From: a virus
DNA length: 64,000 bases
Reading direction: 5' to 3' (one strand)
Virus record (IMG/VR): IMGVR_UViG_3300043399_001092
Location: 1-64,000 of that record
Shown here: in pieces, positions 58,417 to 64,000 of the stretch
Numbering within the stretch: the stretch's first letter is position 1
Layout of the letters: every line of letters begins with the position of its first letter
Notes under the pieces: model-generated
Database searches by the model: none
Seen by the model: only the letters and a program-made list of their open reading frames with translations
Told to the model about the DNA's origin: nothing
Program-made: the position numbers and the translations under genes

Positions 58417-58940
58417 AATTCAAACTTTTCCGGTGACAAAAAACTCTTTTGGGCCAACAGCATACTTCCGCTTTTAAACTGCCAACCCGCTACACCGCTT
58501 ATATTCAGCGGATAACCTATTGCGGCACCAAGATACAAACCTTTTCTGTATTCCGATACCTTCTTCGTTCTGTTGATTGTCACCGTGTTCGTTATTACCC
58601 TCTCCGGTACAGTAACCAAGTACTGAATATTAGACTCATACACCCGGCCGCCGGCTACAATAACGTTCTCAATACTTACCAAACTGTCTTCGATGTTCTG
58701 TACATACCGATACACCGTATCCCTGTACACCGTGTCCCAGTACACCACCGGCACACTGTCAACCAACACCGACTTAATAGTATCTCTACGAACCCGGTTT
58801 ATCAACACCGTGTCCGATACCTGTACCGTATCTATTACAACCTCTCTGTCAACCCGTATCGAACGATCACAGGAACGAAAGGTCATAAATACTAAAGCCG
58901 CCACAAGGACGGCTATGATTATCAATTTTCGATCAAGCAT
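58386..58940 (-). CDS. membrane-anchored/lipoprotein spanin candidate
   Basis: Start ATG 58940; MLDRK + hydrophobic segment + FRSC lipobox-like; DTV-rich stalk; amphipathic beta C-terminus; near the endolysin. Confidence 0.55.
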   Translation of the reverse strand: MLDRKLIIIAVLVAALVFMTFRSCDRSIRVDREVVIDTVQVSDTVLINRVRRDTIKSVLVDSVPVVYWDTVYRDTVYRYVQNIEDSLVSIENVIVAGGRVYESNIQYLVTVPERVITNTVTINRTKKVSEYRKGLYLGAAIGYPLNISGVAGWQFKSGSMLLAQKSFLSPEKFELCLVTPVFKR

Positions 58941-59539
58941 TGGATAAGGTGCGGAGGAACCAAGAAATATCCAAAATGCGGATTGGTGTAACTCTTCGGC
59001 GGAACATCGTCCGTGGACCAATGCGTAAACCCATGCTCCAAGTAAAAAGCATCAGCCGCTGCCAAATACCTCGGTGTAATAACCACCGGGGACAACTGAA
59101 CCAACGAACCCTGGGGAATACTGTTTACGTTGGAAGCCACTACAAAAGCCTTCCGGGTAAACTTGTCGTAGTCGTTGTCAACAGCCTTAGTACCAACCCC
59201 GGCTTTGGTATCACTCACAATCTTCTTGGCTCCGTTCATCAGCAGAAGAGAACCTTCTTTGATCTCAGGTACTTCGTGGGTAAACACTCTTACCAATACC
59301 CCGTTAAGAGGCTTTAGGCTGCCATACAACGGGTCAATCGTCGTTACCGACTCATTGTACTGCCGGGTAGCTTCAACCTCCTTGTCGTGGTTCTCACGAA
59401 GCTCCTTGAGGCGCATAGACTCCTTTTCTTCAGCAGACAACAATAGCCCACCTTCGGTACGCTCAATGCTCTTAGACACCGAGGGATAAGACACAATCTC
59501 CCTCTTATAAGGGTCTTTGACAAAATCGTTAAAAGTCAT
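58922..59539 (-). CDS. GroES-like co-chaperonin-fold protein
   Basis: TEGGLLL, LKPLNGVLVR and KAFVVA segments resemble GroES-like proteins found upstream of crAss-like TerL. Confidence 0.45.
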   Translation of the reverse strand: MTFNDFVKDPYKREIVSYPSVSKSIERTEGGLLLSAEEKESMRLKELRENHDKEVEATRQYNESVTTIDPLYGSLKPLNGVLVRVFTHEVPEIKEGSLLLMNGAKKIVSDTKAGVGTKAVDNDYDKFTRKAFVVASNVNSIPQGSLVQLSPVVITPRYLAAADAFYLEHGFTHWSTDDVPPKSYTNPHFGYFLVPPHLIQCLIEN

Positions 59540-59906
59540 GGTTGCGGTTTTTCGTTCGTTTCACTGTTCTTTCATACTTGCCGTCTGGATTACATATCCA
59601 TCCATCCAGACTTCCATATTCTGCAAGTACATCCTCTCTGTCCCGTATTTCAACCTGTTGCTTTACAGGACGCTTTCTCTGACTCTTGATAACCGATTCT
59701 TCCCAATCAGCTAAAAAAGTCCTATATGCTTCCGATTTATGAGGGTTGTTCTTCCTGGCAATAATCCCCGATTCATTCGGCTGAATACTGCAAAAATGCG
59801 GTATTACAATACCACCACTAACTGCAAACCGATCCCTCATCAATAAGTACATCGACTTCCAGAACTGCTGAACAACCTCCTCCTCAACCGTTCTCTTTTT
59901 TCTCAT
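59529..59906 (-). CDS. HU/IHF-like basic protein
   Basis: VEEEVVQQFWKSM..GGIVIPHFCSIQ resembles the HU helix-plus-arm pattern. Confidence 0.4.
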   Translation of the reverse strand: MRKKRTVEEEVVQQFWKSMYLLMRDRFAVSGGIVIPHFCSIQPNESGIIARKNNPHKSEAYRTFLADWEESVIKSQRKRPVKQQVEIRDREDVLAEYGSLDGWICNPDGKYERTVKRTKNRNHDF

Positions 59907-60301
59907 TGCTTGTTCAACTTAAAGCAAACAGCAAACTCTACTTCCTCGTGCCGCAGAATACCCTTGGCAAATATCTTCCACTTCTCATTCAATCCCATTG
60001 CTCCCGTAGCACTGTCGTACCACACAACATCCTCCTTGACCAAATCACCCTTAGTGATGTAGATCAAACTCTTCTTACACTCCATTTCTTTGCAGAAATA
60101 CTCCATGTCACTCTCCGATGATGTACTCCATACCCGGTCCGGGTACTCCATCATCAACGACAACATCTTTATCTCCCGGTCACGAAGACCAGTCTTCAAC
60201 ATGTCCAATAGACAATAAAAAGCATCCGAAGGCTTCACCTCCAAAAACTTCTTATTAACTACTATACTGCTTATTCCTTCAGTTACGTTTAAGTACATCA
60301 T
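59903..60301 (-). CDS. winged-helix-like DNA-binding protein, first gene of the late block
   Basis: LRDREIKMLS..FCKEMECKKSLIYITKGDLVKEDVV wHTH-like pattern; start at ATG 60301 or TTG 60307. Confidence 0.5.
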   Translation of the reverse strand: MMYLNVTEGISSIVVNKKFLEVKPSDAFYCLLDMLKTGLRDREIKMLSLMMEYPDRVWSTSSESDMEYFCKEMECKKSLIYITKGDLVKEDVVWYDSATGAMGLNEKWKIFAKGILRHEEVEFAVCFKLNKQ

Positions 60302-60652
60302 ATTCAAAGTAGTTAATTACCGTTTCTTCAGAGATGCTCTCTCCCCCTGGCCGCGATTAGGTTTTAACCTCTTCGCAACTTGGAGGACCTTACATCCCCG
60401 GATGACCAACAAGTTTCATCTACGCCGTACGTTCGTCTCTCGACCTCACCTCCAGGAGAACTCCAAAAGCTAAAATATCCCCAATAGCACATGTTCTCCC
60501 CCGTAGAATCCCCTCCATGTTGATCTCACAGCCTCCCGTTCATTATGTTTCTCCTAAGAGCATGAACATCTTGCTGCCGAGAGCCAAGGTCTTTACTGCA
60601 TTTCGAATGGTATGTATCCCTGGCGAGTCGGATCGCTATCTTCATAGCAACG

Positions 60653-60689
60653 CAAATATACAACCACTTTACTCTGTTTTTAGTTCCTG
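60653..60689 (-). promoter_or_regulatory. late-block promoter (TATATTTG -7 box) with upstream CAGGAAC element
   Basis: Minus strand CAGGAAC-N22-TATATTTG, same layout as 40437-40473, at the head of the minus-strand block. Confidence 0.7.
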
Positions 60690-60829
60690 CACTCAAAAAA
60701 ATTTTTCTGGAAATTTTTGGAATCCTACAAAAAATTTTTATGGTGAGTTGTGGATGGGGGTTTCCCCCACCATACCCCGGTATTAACGACAGGGGCGATA
60801 TTGCCCCCGTCATTCAAAATAACTTCGTT

Positions 60830-61267
60830 ATGGAGAACATTTTTCTTGGGTTTGAACCCGAAATCAACGAAGTGACCGGTGCCCTCGAGTGGCACGGTCG
60901 TGCTACAGTAGTAAGCGTTGACGACGAGGTCGTCGAACGCACAGCCAAAGACAATAGCGTAAAACGCTATCGTCGAATGACAATCTCTCTCCGCAACTTT
61001 GCGGGAGAGACCGTCCTTTCACCGTGCAACACGCCGGTGAAAGACACCGTGACCGAACCAAAGGTCGGTCAGGTGATCGACGTGCGGTATTCCTACCGCA
61101 ACGGTCGGACCGATTTCAATCGGTCCTTCCCGAAAGGCTCATCGTCTCGGTTAACCGAGAACGATATGCGCCAAGACCTTGCTAATCAGCATTTCGCTGA
61201 TAAGCTCAAGGCCTTGAAAAACTTCACGGCGGCCGTCAAGGTTGAACCCACCGGAGCTACTGAATAG
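60830..61267 (+). CDS. hypothetical protein, possibly OB-fold nucleic-acid binding
   Basis: ATG 60830 after an A-rich leader; beta-rich (ATVVSV, RRMTISL, PKVGQVIDV); followed by a terminator. Confidence 0.65.
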   Translation: MENIFLGFEPEINEVTGALEWHGRATVVSVDDEVVERTAKDNSVKRYRRMTISLRNFAGETVLSPCNTPVKDTVTEPKVGQVIDVRYSYRNGRTDFNRSFPKGSSSRLTENDMRQDLANQHFADKLKALKNFTAAVKVEPTGATE

Positions 61268-61275
61268 TAGCTCTG

Positions 61276-61292
61276 GGGGTTCACCCCTTTTT
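61276..61292 (+). terminator. intrinsic terminator
   Basis: GGGGT-TC-ACCCC stem followed by TTTTT. Confidence 0.55.
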
Positions 61293-61697
61293 ACCTTTTG
61301 ACGATAAGGGTGGTACCAACCACGCACACCGTCAAACGTTGATGCAGTTACGTAAAAACTGCAAACCACCCACGCAAACTTCCCCGCAGGGGGTAAACAT
61401 ACACCTCTTCATTATGAATTGTTGTGTGGAGTTTGCATAAGAAGAGTGAGAGAAAAATCACTATAATATAACCGGTTACTGCCCTTACACATGGCGCCGC
61501 AGTAAGTAATGTGTAACTGACCGAATCAATAGTGTAGTGTTGCTTTAAATATGTATCTTTGGTCGCAAGACACTGGTACATAGCACTATTGATCGTAATG
61601 ATTTACTGTTGGGTTAGCGACCGACAGTTAGTATACCGTTTCGCTAACGGTGCGTGGCTTATCCTACTTAAACGGCCCAGAAAACGATAGTAGGCGG

Positions 61698-61765
61698 GAA
61701 ACATTCGTCCAGTGGTAGGACACCTGATTCTTCAGGAGGCAAGGGTTCGATTCCCTTATGTTTCG
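61698..61765 (+). tRNA. tRNA-like gene (Glu-like) with a 4-nt anticodon loop; pseudo/atypical
   Basis: Acceptor GAAACAT/ATGTTTC; D arm GTCC-AGTGGTA-GGAC; anticodon arm CCTGA-TTCT-TCAGG; T arm AAGGG-TTCGATT-CCCTT; no encoded CCA. Confidence 0.7.
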
Positions 61766-61797
61766 CATTTCTTTCACCATTTAATTCTTTTTCTGTC

Positions 61798-62016
61798 ATG
61801 GAAACAGTTTATGTTCAGATAGATGCGACTGTCTCCTCCGATGAGCGTGGGGAGAAAGTCCATGCTATTATCACCTCTATGTCTGGAGAGGTGATAGTGG
61901 ATGCGGTGTTTGGGGATTGTTTCTCCGCACCGACACCAGACGCTTCGGGTAAACCGAAGCAAGTCCGTCGTAGAGAGATCTACGAAGACTGGATTCAACG
62001 TTACGGAAAGCGTTGA
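61798..62016 (+). CDS. small early hypothetical protein
   Basis: 72 aa after a pyrimidine-rich leader. Confidence 0.65.
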   Translation: METVYVQIDATVSSDERGEKVHAIITSMSGEVIVDAVFGDCFSAPTPDASGKPKQVRRREIYEDWIQRYGKR

Positions 62017-62020
62017 GTCC

Positions 62021-62043
62021 AAGGGGGCGCAGCATCCCTTTAT
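62021..62043 (+). repeat. intergenic hairpin motif, copy 1 (AAGGG..GCAGCATCCCTTT)
   Basis: Near-identical copy at 62344-62366, degenerate copy at 62705-62718. Confidence 0.6.
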
Positions 62044-62081
62044 CACACTGCATTTCTTTTCATCCTTAATACTTTTTTATC

Positions 62082-62333
62082 ATGAAACTGTTTATCGAAG
62101 TGGCCAATGGCCAACTCATTCTTTCCTCCGAAGACGGAAATTCCGTTCACTTCCCCAGCAAAGGGGAAGATTCCCCCAAGAGGGAGATTTCTGTTTCCGA
62201 GTATCGGGAACAGATGAACAAGTGTATCCGCAGAATCAGCGGCCCCGAAGGGGGCTGCTATGATGTGGAAACACAACAAGCCTTTGTGTACGGCTTTATA
62301 GCCGGACTCAAGGCTGCGGGTAAATTTGTTTAA
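62082..62333 (+). CDS. small early hypothetical protein
   Basis: 83 aa; AFVYGFIAG C-terminal motif common in small phage proteins. Confidence 0.7.
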   Translation: MKLFIEVANGQLILSSEDGNSVHFPSKGEDSPKREISVSEYREQMNKCIRRISGPEGGCYDVETQQAFVYGFIAGLKAAGKFV

Positions 62334-62343
62334 GTTTACCTGC

Positions 62344-62366
62344 AAGGGGGAAGGCAGCATCCCTTT
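62344..62366 (+). repeat. intergenic hairpin motif, copy 2
   Basis: AAGGGGGAAGGCAGCATCCCTTT. Confidence 0.6.
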
Positions 62367-62407
62367 AAGTAACTGCCATTTTTTATCATTCATAAAATAT
62401 GCACACT

Positions 62408-62689
62408 ATGGCATTTTTGATGAATGCGTTCTCGTTGCAGATGGTCACGGAGTTTCCGTGTACTATCAGCATCGAGGAGGTCAACCAGCTCCCAGAGGGA
62501 CTTGAGTCGGCCATTGGACATCAAGACACGGCTAACGTGTTGGGTGTTCCAATGAACCGGGTCAACGTGTCTCTGTCGAAGGGTGACGTTGCTTATGTAG
62601 CTCAGCTACAAGGCGGTCGTCTTCCTGAGGGGAGTACTACCTTACCTGAAGGCTTCTCTTTGAAGTTTTTCAAGGTAACGGTAGGTTGA
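62408..62689 (+). CDS. acrIII-1: DUF1874 (STIV B116-like) protein; AcrIII-1-type cA4 ring nuclease anti-CRISPR
   Basis: FLMNAFSLQM, SAIGHQDTANVL, NRVNVSL..GD and RLPEG family motifs, including the GH catalytic His. Confidence 0.8.
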   Translation: MAFLMNAFSLQMVTEFPCTISIEEVNQLPEGLESAIGHQDTANVLGVPMNRVNVSLSKGDVAYVAQLQGGRLPEGSTTLPEGFSLKFFKVTVG

Positions 62690-62912
62690 CTACGCGAACG
62701 TGGTAGGAGGCATCCTTTGACCACAGTGAAGGACAGGTTTTCGGTTATCTGTCGAAGTATGCAAAAGCCGAATAAATCCCAGTACACAGGTATCTAATAA
62801 ATACTTGTGTACTGGTTGGGTCACAGCCACTATGTGGTGCTCTGGAAGACAAATCCGAACAGAGTTAAATGTGATTGAGGTAGTATCTTTTCACCACCCA
62901 AATTTTAGATCC

Positions 62913-63308
62913 ATGAAAAAAGTAGCTGTTTCCTTTTCGGTATGGAGCCATCCGGACCTTGCCGTTCCGTGTTTGGAGTTTATGGGGATTGAAATTCCCC
63001 AAAACTTAAGTGACACCTATGATCTCTACCACTTTGCATGGGATCATATTGACGCAAAGGAAGCCGACGATCCTCAGATTGTTGCCTTCCTTGAGGAGTG
63101 GATTAAAACCCACCCTGAAGATGCTCGGCTTCTGGAAGAAGTCGAAGATGGACTCTCTTGGAACATCCAGGAAAGTGACGGATACCTGTTCCTCAACAAA
63201 TTTTTGGAGGTTTCCTCCGAGGAGTTGTTGGAGGGACTTTCTCAAGAGAAGGTTGATCTTCTGAAACACTGCCACGGAAAAGTGGTGGTTAAGGAGTTTC
63301 AACCTTAG
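62913..63308 (+). CDS. acidic early hypothetical protein
   Basis: ATG 62913 after a pyrimidine-rich leader; DDPQIVAFLEE..EVEDGLSWNIQESDG resembles a common phage protein family. Confidence 0.7.
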   Translation: MKKVAVSFSVWSHPDLAVPCLEFMGIEIPQNLSDTYDLYHFAWDHIDAKEADDPQIVAFLEEWIKTHPEDARLLEEVEDGLSWNIQESDGYLFLNKFLEVSSEELLEGLSQEKVDLLKHCHGKVVVKEFQP

Positions 63309-63421
63309 CTGCATCACCACGAGGACTGAAACCGGTCCTTGTGGTGAAAAGAGAACCTGAATTAACAGGTGCAAGGGTAGTTGGTACTATCCATTTTTAT
63401 TCATTCCTCAATCTATTCTAT

Positions 63422-63538
63422 ATGGATCAGTTGTCTTATTTCATCGTTTCCACATCGGTTTTTGTAGCTTTTGTGGGAACAGTATGTTTCATTGCAGTTG
63501 TGATTGCCAAGGTATTTGAGTACCTTAGCAACCGATAA
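63422..63538 (+). CDS. 38-aa single-TM peptide
   Basis: MDQLSYFIVSTSVFVAFVGTVCFIAVVIAKVFEYLSNR with the same leader type as neighbours. Confidence 0.55.
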   Translation: MDQLSYFIVSTSVFVAFVGTVCFIAVVIAKVFEYLSNR

Positions 63539-63616
63539 TTGTCCCCACGGTTTTTGTGCATTTCTCCGTTTACCCAGAAATGCACATTTTTTACTAACCC
63601 ATAATTCCACCAAAAT

Positions 63617-63859
63617 ATGGATTTTTGTGACGCATTGAAACAATGGTCTGCAATGGGCCACACAACCTCCCGTAAGACAGAAGAGGACGGCACATACACC
63701 GTTTTCTTCCTCAAAGACGGAGTACAGGTAGGATACTTCAAAGCAGTTCCCGGTTTCGGGTCCTACTGGGAGTATCCTGATGAACTAATTAAAACCACGG
63801 AAGAAACCGAACTGACAGCGGAAGACTGTTGGGACGGTGATGATTCCTATTGTGAATAA
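63617..63859 (+). CDS. small acidic early hypothetical protein
   Basis: 80 aa, AAAAT-ATG start context. Confidence 0.7.
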   Translation: MDFCDALKQWSAMGHTTSRKTEEDGTYTVFFLKDGVQVGYFKAVPGFGSYWEYPDELIKTTEETELTAEDCWDGDDSYCE

Positions 63860-63876
63860 TTTAAACCCCTTTCACC

Positions 63877-64000
63877 ATGAAACAGTACACCTGGACGACC
63901 CGTGACGGTCGCAAACTGGATGTTGACACCATTACGGATGTTCAACATCTCCGCAACATTATCAAGATGATGATGCGGAATGAACAACGGCTCTTAAATG
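63877..64000 (+). CDS. small early hypothetical protein (3'-truncated)
   Basis: MKQYTWTTRDGRKLDVDTITDVQHLRNIIKMM; WTTRDG..HLRNII pattern seen in small phage proteins. Confidence 0.6.
   Translation, partial: MKQYTWTTRDGRKLDVDTITDVQHLRNIIKMMMRNEQRLLN

Noticed and set aside
2090-60307. Stop-codon reassignment, as known in some crAss-like phages
   Set aside because: Genes are full length and tightly packed in code 11, and TAG (48133) and TGA (37767, 42856) act as real stops at gene junctions.
62021-62718. Mini-CRISPR array from the repeated hairpins
   Set aside because: Copies are imperfect and separated by ~320-360 nt of coding sequence rather than 30-40-nt spacers.

Overview
This window is most of the structural half of a crAss-like (Crassvirales-type, phi14:2/crAss001-like) phage of a Bacteroidota host, read in the standard genetic code. 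A ~58-kb minus-strand late block (60307 to 2090) runs: small DNA-binding/chaperone genes, spanin-like and M15-type endolysin genes, TerL, portal, scaffold-like protein, major capsid, ring/decoration/fibre genes, holins, a phosphoesterase/nuclease pair, IHF-like, tail tube, tail stabilisation (muzzle) protein, and six large cargo/ejection proteins. The cargo set includes a single-chain virion RNA polymerase (GSDFDIDK). Plus-strand genes flank the block: DnaA-domain-IV-like and MazG-like genes on the left; on the right an early region of small genes, including an AcrIII-1/DUF1874 ring-nuclease homologue, a tRNA-like gene with a shortened anticodon loop, and structured intergenic regions. The most striking observation is that the four giant cargo proteins (~7,860 aa) contain only 7 cysteines by my count. 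Six sit at the termini in a head-to-tail pattern that follows gene order, suggesting a Cys-linked ejection chain; the seventh is in an L,D-transpeptidase-like active-site motif. Other leads: a cargo protein divided by 11 [FYHW]xxGG motifs, a shared CAGGAAC-N22-TATATTTG promoter, a duplicated fibre-tip plus small-protein cassette, and enzyme domains fused to the cargo proteins. All assignments come from motif recognition and synteny by eye; no searches were run.
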